Assembly (NCBI GenBank): GCA_963716255.1
Contig: OY970303.1
Coordinates: 1,408,001-1,472,000 of the forward strand
Source of the DNA: an uncultured Gemmatimonadales bacterium
Lineage (GTDB): Bacteria; Gemmatimonadota; Gemmatimonadetes; Longimicrobiales; Longimicrobiaceae
Reading direction: 5' to 3'
Length of the DNA: 64,000 bases
Each line of letters starts with the position of its first letter. Position 1 is the stretch's first letter. Positions 19,166-29,021 of this stretch are shown here, in pieces. The notes beneath the pieces are model-generated. The model was not told the origin of the DNA. It did not search any database and saw only the letters and a program-made list of their open reading frames with translations. Position numbers and translations under genes: made by a program.

Positions 19166-20218
19166 ATGAAGACAGCATCCCCGAGGACCCGCGCGCTCGC
19201 CGGCGCCGCCCTGCTGGCCGCCGTCCTGGCCGCCCCGGCCGGGGCGCAGCAGCCCGAGCGCTACGCCCTGCGGGGCGAGCGGGTGTCCATCCACAACCTG
19301 GCCGGCGAGGTCCGCCTGGTGGGCGGCACGGGCCAGGAGGTGGTGGTGGAGGTGGCGCGCGGCGGCGACGACGCGCGCGAGCTGCGGGTGAACCGCGGCC
19401 GCGACGACGGCGCCGAGCGGCTGGTGGTGGTCACCCCGGGGACGCGGGTGGTGTACCCGCGCATGGGAAGCCGGTCCACCAGCACGCTGAGCGTGCGCGA
19501 GGACGGCACCTTCGGGCGCGGCGGGCGCCGGGTGACGGTGTCCGGCGGCGGCCGCGGCACCGAGGCGTACGCCAACCTCACGGTGCGGATCCCGGCCGGG
19601 CGCTCGGTGACGCTGCACCAGGGCGTCGGCAAGGTGGAGGTGGCCAACGTCGACGGCAACCTGAGCCTCAACACCTCCTCCGCCTCCGTGGCCTCGGCGG
19701 GGACGCGGGGGTCGCTGACGGTGGACGTGGGTTCCGGGAGCGTGCGCGTGGAGCGCGCCCAGGGCGACGTGGACGTGGACACCGGCTCCGGGAGCGTGCG
19801 CCTGGCGGAGGTGCGCGGCCGCCGGCTGAGCGTGGACACGGGGAGCGGAGCGGTGACGGGGAGCGGCCTCGCCGCGGACGACGTGCTGGTGGACGTGGGC
19901 TCCGGCGCGGTGGAGCTCACGGGCGTGCGCGCCGGCGCGCTCAAGGTGGACACCGGGAGCGGGTCGGTGCAGCTGTCGCTCGTGTCCGACGCGCGCTCCG
20001 TGGAGGTGGACACGGGCTCCGGGAGCGTGCGGCTGGCCGTGCCGTCGTCGTTCGGGGCGGAGGTGGAGATCGACACCGGCTCCGGCGGCATCCAGGTGGA
20101 CGTGCCGGCGCAGGCGCAGACCGTGCGGCGCGACTACTACCGCGGGCGCATCGGCGACGGCCGCGGCCGGGTGGAGATCGACACCGGGTCCGGCGGGGTG
20201 CGCATCACGCGCAGCTGA
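19166..20218 (+). CDS. DUF4097 family beta-strand repeat protein
   Basis: Signal peptide and repeated VDTGSGSV units. Confidence 0.85.
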   Translation: MKTASPRTRALAGAALLAAVLAAPAGAQQPERYALRGERVSIHNLAGEVRLVGGTGQEVVVEVARGGDDARELRVNRGRDDGAERLVVVTPGTRVVYPRMGSRSTSTLSVREDGTFGRGGRRVTVSGGGRGTEAYANLTVRIPAGRSVTLHQGVGKVEVANVDGNLSLNTSSASVASAGTRGSLTVDVGSGSVRVERAQGDVDVDTGSGSVRLAEVRGRRLSVDTGSGAVTGSGLAADDVLVDVGSGAVELTGVRAGALKVDTGSGSVQLSLVSDARSVEVDTGSGSVRLAVPSSFGAEVEIDTGSGGIQVDVPAQAQTVRRDYYRGRIGDGRGRVEIDTGSGGVRITRS

Positions 20219-20234
20219 TGATTACTGCGCGAAC

Positions 20235-20372
20235 TGCCGGTTCGGGCGTGACCCCGGCTGGCGCCGGGGTCGGGCTTCGGCTCCGTAAGGCAGCAAACAA
20301 CGCTGCCTAACGGAGTCGAGCCCGCGCAAACAGCCGCGCGGTCTCGTCCCTTCGGGCCGTAATCCCTCACGC
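20235..20372 (-). repeat. Structured intergenic repeat family A, copy 2
   Basis: Central stem variant GGCAGC/GCTGCC. Confidence 0.95.
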
Positions 20373-20448
20373 AACTGCCTGCCCGTTCTCAGGATCCAGC
20401 AGTTGCCCCCTGTCCCGGAATGGCGCTTCACGCTTCGCGTGAACCGGG

Positions 20449-20492
20449 TGAAGGGAGAGGGTGGCGAGCCTCAAGCGAGCCGGGTGAGGGCC
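20449..20492. repeat. REP-like repeat, family C
   Basis: GGGAGAGGGTGGCGAGCCTCAAGCGAGCCGGGTGAGGG, matching about 44408-44445 and the reverse complement of about 59098-59135. Confidence 0.75.
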
Positions 20493-20503
20493 CGACGAGG
20501 GCC

Positions 20504-20538
20504 GCCCGCACCGGGAAATCCCGGTGCGGGCGGTTTTT
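20504..20538 (+). terminator. Intrinsic terminator
   Basis: GCCCGCACCGGGA-AA-TCCCGGTGCGGGC followed by GGTTTTT. Confidence 0.65.
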
Positions 20539-20590
20539 GCGTGTGCCGTACTTCGTACGGCGTACTTCTTTCCTGCCGAGGAGATCCCGG

Positions 20591-21622
20591 ATGGAGCCCA
20601 GCCAACGCCCCGCGCACCACCTCCCCGACGGCACCTTCCGCGCGCCGTGGCCGGTGGAGGGCGGGGACCGGCGCGGACAGCGGGAGCTGCTGCGCTGGCA
20701 GTGGGAGCGGCTGACCCGCCGCCTGCCGCCCGATCCGCCGGCGGGCGCCTTTCCCCTGGCGGAGAGCGACGTCGCCCGTCCGCGCGCGCGGATGGACGAG
20801 GTGCGCATCACCTGGGTGGGGCACGCCTCGTTCCTGGTGCAGGCGGGCGGGCTCAACCTGCTCACCGACCCGGTCTGGAGCCGGCGCGCGTCGCCGCTCC
20901 GCTGGGCGGGGCCGGCGCGCTTCGTCCCGCCGGGGATCGCGTGGGAGGCGCTGCCGCCCATCGACGCGGTGCTCCTCTCGCACGACCACTACGACCACCT
21001 GGACGACGACACCGTGCGGCGGCTGCACGCGCGCTTCGGCGGCGGCCTGCGCTGGCTTGCACCGCTCGCGTACCGCGAGTGGCTGGGCGCGCGGGGAATC
21101 ACCCGCGTGACCGAGCTCGACTGGTGGGAGGAGACCGAGATGGAGGGCCACGGGGGAGCCCTGCGCGCCGTCTGCCTCCCCGCGCAGCACTGGACGCGGC
21201 GGGGGATGCGCGAGTTCAACGACCGGCTGTGGGGCTCGTGGATGCTCGCCACGCCGTCCGGACGGCGCGTCTACTTCGCCGGCGACAGCGGCTACTGGCC
21301 CGGGTTCCGGGAGATCGGGGAGCGGTTCGGGCCGCTGGACGCGGCGCTGGTCCCCATCGGCGCGTACGAGCCGCGCTGGTTCATGCGCCCGGCGCACATG
21401 AACCCCGAGGAGGCGGTGCGCGCCTACCTGGACCTGGGCGGCGCCGGCCTCTTCACGGGGATGCACTGGGGGACCTTCCGCCTCACCGACGAGGACCCGC
21501 TGGAGCCCCCGGTGCGCGCCCGCGCCGCCTGGGCGGAGGCGGGACTCCCGGCCGAGCGCCTGTGGATTCCCCGCCACGGCGAGACACGCGTGGTCCCCCG
21601 CGCCGCGGCGCCCGCGGGATAG
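20591..21622 (+). CDS. MBL-fold metallo-hydrolase (NAPE-PLD/RomA-like)
   Basis: ITWVGHAS, TDPVWS, SHDHYDHLD, YFAGDSGY, PIGAYEPRWFM, MHWGTF. Confidence 0.9.
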   Translation: MEPSQRPAHHLPDGTFRAPWPVEGGDRRGQRELLRWQWERLTRRLPPDPPAGAFPLAESDVARPRARMDEVRITWVGHASFLVQAGGLNLLTDPVWSRRASPLRWAGPARFVPPGIAWEALPPIDAVLLSHDHYDHLDDDTVRRLHARFGGGLRWLAPLAYREWLGARGITRVTELDWWEETEMEGHGGALRAVCLPAQHWTRRGMREFNDRLWGSWMLATPSGRRVYFAGDSGYWPGFREIGERFGPLDAALVPIGAYEPRWFMRPAHMNPEEAVRAYLDLGGAGLFTGMHWGTFRLTDEDPLEPPVRARAAWAEAGLPAERLWIPRHGETRVVPRAAAPAG

Positions 21623-21702
21623 CCCCCGCTACGTCGCCGGGACGGGATGGAGCGAGGGGGCGGCCCACGCGGCCGCCCCCTCTGCGTGGAGCGTGGCGCG
21701 GC

Positions 21703-22194
21703 TCAGCGCATGGCGTCGGGGTTCACCACCCGCTCGGCCAGCGCGCTCAGGCGGTGGTCGGTGGTCCCCTCCTCGTCCAGCGTCCGCTGGAGGATGTCCG
21801 CCTGCCCGTCCAGGCCCAGCTGCCGCGCGAAGGTGCGGACGGTGCCGTACCCCGCCATCTCGTAGTGCTCCACCCGCTGCGCCGAGGTGATGAGGCCCGC
21901 GTCCAGCACGTCGGACTCCACCTTCATCTTCATCAGCTCGTCGCCCTCCTTGAGGAGCCCCTCCATCCCCTTGCAGTGATGGCCCGAGGTCTTCTCGCCC
22001 AGCTCCTCGAACACCTGCTCCAGCCGGCGCACGTGCTCCCGGGTCTGCACCTCGTGCTCGGTGAAGGCGGTCTTCAGCTCCGGGTGGGACGCCTTGTCGG
22101 CCATCATCGGGAGCACCTTGAGGATCTGGTTCTCGGCGCTGTACAGGTCGCGGAGCTGGTCCACGTACAGGTCCTTGAGATTCTCCATCTTCAT
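21703..22194 (-). CDS. Ferritin-like protein (YciE/YciF, DUF892)
   Basis: LRDLYSAENQ, C.GMEGL..EG, QRVEHYEMAGYG, LDEE..TD. Confidence 0.92.
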   Translation of the reverse strand: MKMENLKDLYVDQLRDLYSAENQILKVLPMMADKASHPELKTAFTEHEVQTREHVRRLEQVFEELGEKTSGHHCKGMEGLLKEGDELMKMKVESDVLDAGLITSAQRVEHYEMAGYGTVRTFARQLGLDGQADILQRTLDEEGTTDHRLSALAERVVNPDAMR

Positions 22195-22321
22195 ACAGGC
22201 CTCCTTTGTATATGTGGTTTACAACTCGGCACTTCGCCCTGCCACGGACCCGCGTCGCGGGTTCCGCCGGGGCCGCCACCCCATGCACGTGACGTACCAC
22301 GGCGCCTTTCGGCGAAACCGA

Positions 22322-22360
22322 TTGCGCGATCCGGAGCGCACCGCTAACCTGTACAGGTAA
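22322..22360 (+). promoter_or_regulatory. TA operon promoter with palindromic operator
   Basis: TTGCGC-N17-TAACCT with the perfect palindrome ACCTGTACAGGT (22347-22358) overlapping the -10. Confidence 0.6.
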
Positions 22361-22385
22361 GCCGTACGTATTCCAAGGAGGTCCG

Positions 22386-22724
22386 ATGAAGCCGACGAAG
22401 AAGAAGCGGATGACCGTCGCGGAGGCGCGCGCGAAGCTGTACGACCTCGTCGAGTACGTGACCGAGACTCCTGATTCGGCGGTGGTGATCGAGCACCGCG
22501 ACCGCAAGGAGCGCGCGGTACTGGTGGACGAGGGACACTATAGGTACCTGGAGACGGTGGTGTACGAGATGAAGAAGCGTGACGAGAATCCGTTCAGGCT
22601 GGCAGGAAGCCTCCGGCCCGCCGACGGGAACGACGTCGATCTGGTAGAAGTGCTCGAGAAGAACCGGCAGGAGCAGGCGGAGCTCTTCCAGAAGAAGCTC
22701 GACAGCACCTTCTCCGATGATTGA
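22386..22724 (+). CDS. Phd/YefM family antitoxin
   Basis: MTVAEARAKLYDLVE..., AVLV; AGGAGG RBS; overlaps the toxin start. Confidence 0.8.
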   Translation: MKPTKKKRMTVAEARAKLYDLVEYVTETPDSAVVIEHRDRKERAVLVDEGHYRYLETVVYEMKKRDENPFRLAGSLRPADGNDVDLVEVLEKNRQEQAELFQKKLDSTFSDD

Positions 22725-23121
22725 GATCGCCGTGACGGATGCGCACGCGCTGATCTGGTACGCACAGTCCGAACGGCGCAGGCTGGGGAGCCTCGCGCGC
22801 CGGATCTTCGAGGCGGCCGATGACAGAAAGGCCGTCGTTTACGTTCCCGCGCTCGTGCTCGTGGAAATCGGAGAATCGATCCAGAAGGGCAACATACGGC
22901 TCGCACAGCCGTTTTCGGCCTGGGCACACAAGCTCCTCGCGTCCAAGCACTTCGTTCCCGTGGACCTGAGCTGGGACGTGGTGCGGCGGGCGGAGGAGCT
23001 TTACTCCATCCCGGAGCGTGGCGACCGGCTGATCGCCGCGACCGCCGCCCACCTCGGCCTACCCCTGATCACGCGCGACCCCGAGATCGCCAGGGCGGCG
23101 GGGGTGGAGGTGGTGTGGTGA
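22717..23121 (+). CDS. vapC: VapC family PIN-domain toxin
   Basis: VTDAHALIW, E, DRLIAATA..LGLPLITRD. Confidence 0.88.
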   Translation: MIEIAVTDAHALIWYAQSERRRLGSLARRIFEAADDRKAVVYVPALVLVEIGESIQKGNIRLAQPFSAWAHKLLASKHFVPVDLSWDVVRRAEELYSIPERGDRLIAATAAHLGLPLITRDPEIARAAGVEVVW

Positions 23122-23209
23122 GCCGGACCCGGCGGCCGCTTCTCCGCGTCTCCCCCGCCCGGTAGGATCATCGTTCCCGACCGGCCTTCCTCCCGACCGA
23201 AGCCCCCCC

Positions 23210-23788
23210 ATGCACCCGTCCACCATCGCCCTCCTCGCGCTCCTCGGCGCCTGCGCCTCCCTGCCCCGGCCGGGCGGCGGCCTTTCCGCCGAGCAGGAAG
23301 CTTTCTGGTCGGCGCTGCGCCGGCACTGCGGGCGCGCCTACGAGGGGCGCCTCACCCAGGGCAACGCCTCGGACACGGCGTTCGCGGGAAAGGTGCTGAC
23401 CATGCACGTCCGCGAGTGCACGGACGACGCGGTCCGCATCCCCTTCCACCTGGGCGAGGACCGCTCGCGCACCTGGGTGCTCACCCGCACCGCCGCCGGT
23501 CTGCGCCTCAAGCACGACCACCGGCACCGGGACGGCACCGAGGACAGGGTGACGCGGTACGGCGGCGACACGCGCGGTCCCGGCACCGCGTCCGGCCAGG
23601 AGTTCCCCGCCGATTCCCTCACCGCCGCCCTGATCCCCGCGGCCGCCGCCAACGTGTGGACCGTGGAGGTGGTGCCGGGAGAGCGCTTCGCCTACGCGCT
23701 GCGCCGCGAGGGAACGGACCGGCGCTTCCGGGTGGAGTTCGACCTCGCGCGCCCCGTCGCGCCGCCGCCGGCACCCTGGGGCCACTGA
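23210..23788 (+). CDS. Secreted/lipoprotein hypothetical protein
   Basis: LLGAC lipobox; SRTWVLT, LKHDHRH.DG, YGG motifs. Confidence 0.75.
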   Translation: MHPSTIALLALLGACASLPRPGGGLSAEQEAFWSALRRHCGRAYEGRLTQGNASDTAFAGKVLTMHVRECTDDAVRIPFHLGEDRSRTWVLTRTAAGLRLKHDHRHRDGTEDRVTRYGGDTRGPGTASGQEFPADSLTAALIPAAAANVWTVEVVPGERFAYALRREGTDRRFRVEFDLARPVAPPPAPWGH

Positions 23789-23873
23789 TCCGCCCTCCGG
23801 GACGGGCGGGGAGGATACGACGAAGCGGCGCGGGATCGTCCCGGCGCCGCTCGTTTTTCCTGGCTCCGCGGCC

Positions 23874-24329
23874 CTACGGGACCCCGCCGCCCCTGGGCCT
23901 GCCGCGGCCGCCCTGTCTCCGCGGCCTTCGGTAGGGCAGCTCGTTGCGGTACTCCGCCTCGATCAGGCGCGACCACCAGAGCCGCATTGCCGGGGTGGTC
24001 CCCGGGAGCTCGTCCGGGAAGCGCTCCGCGAGCTCGAAGAGGCGGTGCACGTCGGCGATCGCCTGTGCCTTGCCGCCCGGGAAGATGGCGCGCAGCTCGG
24101 ACGCCCAGAACACCGGTGCCTCCGTGCCCCCCGACTCGGCAACGAAGATCAGGCCGCGCTCCCGCCAGTACAGCCGGGTGAACGTGCGGATGGAGCGCGA
24201 GTGGGGACGCTCCGTCTCCCCGTCGACGAACTTGCGGATCGCCTCGTGGCCCACGCCGGTGACCGCCTCCGCGTGGCGCAGCGAGGTGCCCTCCACGAAC
24301 TCCTTCATGAACGCGCGGAGGTCGTCCAA
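23874..24329 (-). CDS. Hypothetical protein with XRE-like HTH N-terminus
   Basis: SLRHAEAVTGVGHEAIRKFVDG..P resembles an XRE helix-turn-helix; start uncertain. Confidence 0.5.
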   Translation of the reverse strand: MDDLRAFMKEFVEGTSLRHAEAVTGVGHEAIRKFVDGETERPHSRSIRTFTRLYWRERGLIFVAESGGTEAPVFWASELRAIFPGGKAQAIADVHRLFELAERFPDELPGTTPAMRLWWSRLIEAEYRNELPYRRPRRQGGRGRPRGGGVP

Positions 24330-24478
24330 CGCAACGGGCCGCAGGGGGCCACGCTCGTAGACGACCTCAGGGCGCTCGGCGGCGCCCTGTCCACTTTGAC
24401 CGCTATCGTTTGGGGGACACTGGAGAGTGTAGACGAAGGGCCGGCGTCGCGCAAGAACGGGTTGTGGACGGACGGCTC

Positions 24479-24618
24479 ACGGCGGGTTCGGGCGTGCCCC
24501 CGGCTGGCGCCGGGGTCGGGCTTCGGCTCCGTAACGCACGAAACAACCGTGCGTAACGGAGTCGAGCCCCGCGAAACTGCCCGCGGGTCTCGCCCCTTCG
24601 GGCCGGAATCCCTCACGC
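24479..24618 (-). repeat. Structured intergenic repeat family A, copy 3
   Basis: Central stem CGCACG/CGTGCG. Confidence 0.95.
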
Positions 24619-24628
24619 GGGGATTCGG

Positions 24629-25645
24629 CTAGTCCGCGGCTTCGCTGTGCGCGTCCAGCCCCACCGCGCCGGCAAGCAGCTCGTAGGAGCGCAGGCGCGC
24701 CTCGTGGGAGTGGATCATCGAGGTCACGATCACCTCGTCGGCGCCGCTCTCCTCCGCCAGCTCGGTCAGCGCGGCGGCCACGGTTTCCGGGCTGCCGGCG
24801 TGGTGGAGCTGGCGGTAGCCTTCCACGGTCGCGCGGTCCTGGGGGGTGTAGGGGTAGGCGGCCGCCTCCTCCGGGCTGGGGAGCGCGCCGAACTGGCCCT
24901 TCCGCAGGCGCACCCAGGCCAGCTCCATGGAGCCTGCCAGCCAGCGCGCCCGCTCCTCCGTGTCGGCGCAGACCACGGCGGCGCCCAGCACCACGTGAGG
25001 CTCCGGGAACGCCTCCGAGGGCTGGAAGCTCTCGCGGTAGGCGCGGATCGCCGGGGCGGCCGGCGCCGGGCTGAAGTGGCTGGCGAAGCCGTACCCCATT
25101 CCCAGCGACCCGGCCAGGCGCGCGGTGGCGCCGCTGGACCCCAGCAGCCACACCGGCGGGAGCGGCACCCCCTCCGGCACCACGCGCACGCGGTGGAAGG
25201 GGTGGTCCTCCGGGAAGCTCCCCCGCGACAGCCCCACCAGCTCGGCCAGCTGCTGCGGATACTGCTCGGCGTCGAACGGGCGCAGGGCGCTGGAGGTGGC
25301 CGGGTCCGTCCCCGGCGCACGGCCCACGCCCAGGTCGATGCGCCCCGGGTGCAGCGCCTCCAGGGTGTGGAACGCCTCCGCGATCCGCAGCGGCGCGTGG
25401 TTGGGGAGCATGATCCCGCCCGAGCCCACCCGGATCCGCTCCGTGGCCGAGGCCAGGTGCTCGATCAGGATCTCCGGCGACGAGCTGGCGATGCTGGGCA
25501 TGCCGTGGTGCTCGGCCAGCCAGTAGCGGGCGTAGCCCAGCCGGTCCGCCAGGCGGGCCAGCTGCACCGAGTTGCGGATCGCCTGCCCCGCGGTGGAGCC
25601 GGAGCCCACGGGAACCAGGTCGAGAACGGAAAGCGAGAGCGCCAT
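24629..25645 (-). CDS. LLM class flavin-dependent oxidoreductase (YhbW-like)
   Basis: LSVLDL, RYWLAEHH, RVGSGGIMLPNH, RIDLGVGRAPG, WLLGSS. Confidence 0.92.
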   Translation of the reverse strand: MALSLSVLDLVPVGSGSTAGQAIRNSVQLARLADRLGYARYWLAEHHGMPSIASSSPEILIEHLASATERIRVGSGGIMLPNHAPLRIAEAFHTLEALHPGRIDLGVGRAPGTDPATSSALRPFDAEQYPQQLAELVGLSRGSFPEDHPFHRVRVVPEGVPLPPVWLLGSSGATARLAGSLGMGYGFASHFSPAPAAPAIRAYRESFQPSEAFPEPHVVLGAAVVCADTEERARWLAGSMELAWVRLRKGQFGALPSPEEAAAYPYTPQDRATVEGYRQLHHAGSPETVAAALTELAEESGADEVIVTSMIHSHEARLRSYELLAGAVGLDAHSEAAD

Positions 25646-25905
25646 GGAGCCAACCTCGATCGAGATGCGGGACCCCGGCCGGAAGGGCCGGTCCTCCGCT
25701 TATGGTTCAGCAATGAACTAACTCGTCAAAGGTGGCCCCTCGGCGCCGCGGCGTCAATGCCGACACGTCGCCCGGCTCGCCCGGGCGCGCCACGCCGTGA
25801 TCGTGCGACGGGGTGGCGCCGCGAGGAGCGCGCGAGGAGACGGCGAGAAGCGGAGACACGCGAGCAGGGCCGGCACCTCGCGCAGCCGAGGCGCGCACCG
25901 GAGCC

Positions 25906-26047
25906 GCGTGAGGGATTTCGGCCCGGAGGGGCGAGACCCCGCGGGCAGTTTCGCGGGGGCTCGACTCCGTTAGCCCGCGTTGTTTGCGGGCTTACGGAGC
26001 CGAAGCCCGACCCCGCGTCAGCGGGGGCACGCCCGAACCCTGCCCGT
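25906..26047 (+). repeat. Structured intergenic repeat family A, copy 4
   Basis: Central stem GCCCGC/GCGGGC; 3' hairpin CCCCGC-GTCA-GCGGGG. Confidence 0.95.
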
Positions 26048-26052
26048 GCCCT

Positions 26053-28884
26053 TCAGACCACCGCCACCGCCGGCAGGGTGAGCGTGAAGGTGCTCCCGCT
26101 GCCGGGCACGCTCTCGACCGCCAGGTCGCCCTCCATCCCGCGCGCCAGGTCGCGGCTGATCGCCAGCCCCAGCCCCGTCCCCTCGTGCGGACGTGCAAGG
26201 TCGGAGCGCACCTGCACGAACGGGTCGAAGATCGTTTCCAGCTTGTCGGCCGGGATCCCGATCCCGGTGTCGCGCACCCGCACCCGCACGACATCCTCCT
26301 CGCGCGCGCAGGATACCTCCACCTGCCCGCGCGCGTCGGTGAACTTGACCGCGTTGCCCAGCAGGTTCACCAGGATCTGCCGCAGCTTCTCGGCGTCGGC
26401 ACGCACCGCCAGCTCCGGAGGGCACCCGCCCACGCGCAGCGACACCTCCTTGGCGCGCGCCTGCGGGGCCACCAGCGACTCCGCCGCCACCACCGCCTCG
26501 CGCACCGGCACGCTCTCCAGGTCGTAGCGCACGCTGCCGGTCTCCAGCCGCGCGTAGTTGAGCACTTCGTTGATCAGCCCCAGCAGGTGCCGCTGGCTCT
26601 GCTGGATCCGGTGCAGGTCGTCGCGCTGCGTTTCCGTCACGGGCCCGCGGATCCCCATCTCCAGCAGCTCGGTGTAGCCGCCGATGGCGTTGAGCGGCGT
26701 CCTCAGCTCGTGGCTCATCACGGCCAGGAACTCGCTCTTGGCGCGGTTGGCGCGCTCCGCCTCGGCCCGGGCCTCCTCGCTCTCGGCCAGCAGTCGCTCC
26801 ACGTCGCGCCGCGCCAGCACCTGCTCCGTCACGTCCGAGCCGTGGGCGACCACGCCGGAGCGGCTCCCGTCCGCCTCGGTGAGCGCCTGGAAGACCATGT
26901 CCAGGTACCGCGTCTCCAGCGGGGCCCCGGGGGTCCTTTCGAGCAGGACCGGCGACTCGCGCCCCACCCACGGCTCGCCGGTGTCGCGCACGCGGTCCAG
27001 GAGCTCCTTGAAGCCCTGGCCGCGGATCTCGGGCACCGCCTCCAGGAGCGGCCTGCCGAGGATGTCGCGGTGCCCGATGAGCTGGTAGTACGCTTCGTTG
27101 ACGAACTCGTAGACCTGGTCGGGGCCGCGGAACGCGACGATGAAGCTGGGCGCGCGGCGGAACACCTGGAAGAGGCGGGCCCGCTCCACCTCCAGCGCGG
27201 CGAGCAGGCGCTCGCGCTCGGCGGCGGCGGTGCGCGCCCCCGTGATGTCCCGGAAGAGGAGGGCCACCTTCCCCTCGCCGGGCGAGCCGGTGCGGAACGC
27301 GTACACGTCGTACCAGCGGTCCAGCGCGCGGACGTGCGACTGGAAGCGGACCGGCTCGCCCGTGAGCGCCACGCCGCCGTAGACCGCCAGGCGCTCCGGG
27401 TCCACGGACACCAGCTCGCTCGCCCACCGCCCCAGCGCGTCGGAGAAGCCGCTCTGCGCGGCGAAGGCGGGGTTGGTCTCCAGGTAGCGGTAGTCCTCGG
27501 CGCGCTCCTCCGCGCCGAAGCGCACCTGGATCACGCAGAAGCCCTCGTCCAGCGACTCGAAGAGCGCGCGGTAGCGCGCCTCGCTGTCGCGCAGCGCCGC
27601 CTCGGCCCGCTGCCGCTCGGTGATGTCGCGGCCCTCGGGGACGACGAACACCACCTCGCCGCGGTCGTTGCGAACCGGGTGGAGCGAGATGTCGAAGGTG
27701 AGCCGGGCGCCGGTGGGGCGCCGGAGCGTGGCCTCGTAGCGGACGAACTCGCCCCCGGCGGCGCGGGCCACCGCCTCGCGGACCGCTTCCGGGGCCCCCG
27801 GCGTGTGGGCGAACCACGGCGTCTCCCAGAACGGCCGCCCCAGCACGTCGCCGAGCGTGTTTCCCGCGAACTCCAGCGAGGCGCGGTTCGCCTCCAGCAG
27901 CGTCCCCCCGGGCGCCAGCAGCCCGATGTACTCGTACGTGCCGTCGTAGATGGCCCGCAGCCGCGCCTCGCTGTCGCGCAGCGCGGCCTCGGCCTGCTTG
28001 CGCCCGGTGATGTCGCGCGCCACCACCTGCACGGCCGGCTCGCCGCCCCAGGTGATGGGCGCGCCGGCGACCTCCACGTCCACCGGCGACCCGTCCAGCC
28101 GCCGCCAGCGGTACTCCACGGCCGGGCTCGCCGTCCTGGCCGCGAGCCCTCTGCGGATCCGCTCCTCCACCATCTCGTGGAACTCGGGCTCGATGAACTC
28201 GAACGGCGTGTGGCCGACGACCTGGCCGGCGTCGCGGGCGCCCAGCAGGCGCATGGCCGCCCGGTTCACGTAGGCCCAGCGCCCGGCCACGTTGACGAGG
28301 GTGGCCTCGGGGCTGAGGTCGGCCAGCGTCCGGTAGCGCGACTCGCTCTCCTGGAGCGCCGCCTCGGCCTGCCGCCGCGCCCGCAGGTTCCCGGCGCGCA
28401 GCTCGATCTCGCTCAGCGCCCAGGCCGCCAGGTCGGCGAGGGTGGCCATGTCCCGCTCGGTCCACGGCCGCGGCCGGAAGTCGACGACGCACAGGGTGGC
28501 GATGGGGGCGCCGGCGCGCGGGGAAAGGATGGGGACGGAAAGGTAGCCCACGGTCCCGCTCTCGGCGGTCGCGGGATTGGACGACACCAGCGGGTGCTCG
28601 CGCGCGTCCTCCACCGCCAGCGGCTCGCCGCCTCGGACCACGTGCTGGCAGTACGAGCGCTCCAGCGCCGCCGCGCGGCCCCACGCCTCCGGCCCCGCGT
28701 AGCTGACGGGAATCTGGCGGTCCGCCGTGACCACGTTGAGCTGCGCGACGGGCGCGTCGAGCAGCCGCGCCGCCGTGCGGACGACCCGGTCGAGGGCCGG
28801 GATCGCCCCGGTGTCGAGCAGGTCGCTCGCGGCGATGGCGGCGAGGCGCTCCGGGTGGGCGAGGGGGTCGTTCGGCTCCTGCAC
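26053..28884 (-). CDS. GAF-multiPAS sensor histidine kinase 1
   Basis: ERLAA...LLDT GAF, several PAS/PAC (RDIT), H-box [12 protein letters not shown]-box NAVKFT, DTG.GI, GTGLGL; start at GTG 28884 inferred. Confidence 0.9.
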   Translation of the reverse strand: MQEPNDPLAHPERLAAIAASDLLDTGAIPALDRVVRTAARLLDAPVAQLNVVTADRQIPVSYAGPEAWGRAAALERSYCQHVVRGGEPLAVEDAREHPLVSSNPATAESGTVGYLSVPILSPRAGAPIATLCVVDFRPRPWTERDMATLADLAAWALSEIELRAGNLRARRQAEAALQESESRYRTLADLSPEATLVNVAGRWAYVNRAAMRLLGARDAGQVVGHTPFEFIEPEFHEMVEERIRRGLAARTASPAVEYRWRRLDGSPVDVEVAGAPITWGGEPAVQVVARDITGRKQAEAALRDSEARLRAIYDGTYEYIGLLAPGGTLLEANRASLEFAGNTLGDVLGRPFWETPWFAHTPGAPEAVREAVARAAGGEFVRYEATLRRPTGARLTFDISLHPVRNDRGEVVFVVPEGRDITERQRAEAALRDSEARYRALFESLDEGFCVIQVRFGAEERAEDYRYLETNPAFAAQSGFSDALGRWASELVSVDPERLAVYGGVALTGEPVRFQSHVRALDRWYDVYAFRTGSPGEGKVALLFRDITGARTAAAERERLLAALEVERARLFQVFRRAPSFIVAFRGPDQVYEFVNEAYYQLIGHRDILGRPLLEAVPEIRGQGFKELLDRVRDTGEPWVGRESPVLLERTPGAPLETRYLDMVFQALTEADGSRSGVVAHGSDVTEQVLARRDVERLLAESEEARAEAERANRAKSEFLAVMSHELRTPLNAIGGYTELLEMGIRGPVTETQRDDLHRIQQSQRHLLGLINEVLNYARLETGSVRYDLESVPVREAVVAAESLVAPQARAKEVSLRVGGCPPELAVRADAEKLRQILVNLLGNAVKFTDARGQVEVSCAREEDVVRVRVRDTGIGIPADKLETIFDPFVQVRSDLARPHEGTGLGLAISRDLARGMEGDLAVESVPGSGSTFTLTLPAVAVV
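26069..26772. repeat. Near-identical duplicated kinase transmitter segment, copy 1
   Basis: Matches 29029-29732 at offset 2960 with about 11 mismatches by manual count. Confidence 0.92.
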
Positions 28885-29021
28885 GGGCGGGGGCTCGGGG
28901 GAGTGCGCGGTGGACGGAACGGGGAGGGCCGCCCCCGGGGCGGTGCCCTGATGATGGCACTCCCCGGGGGCCCCGGCAAGCGACGCGCCGCGCTCCCGGC
29001 GCAGCGGGGCGGCCGCGGCCG

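Noticed and set aside
15966..19178. Long antisense or alternative-frame ORFs (also 25984-29487, 26018-29254, 34632-36878, 45677-47098)
   Set aside because: Shadow ORFs of high-GC genes, mostly R/G/A/P-rich, overlapping well-supported genes with no family motifs.
19700..20200. GTGGACACCGGCTCCGG-like nucleotide repeats
   Set aside because: They encode the VDTGSG beta-strand repeats of the DUF4097 protein.
24305..24616. Short ORFs such as MRDSGPKGRDP...TEPKPDPGA recurring at several loci
   Set aside because: They are translations of the family A repeat; frames and ends differ between copies and variation follows base pairing rather than codons.
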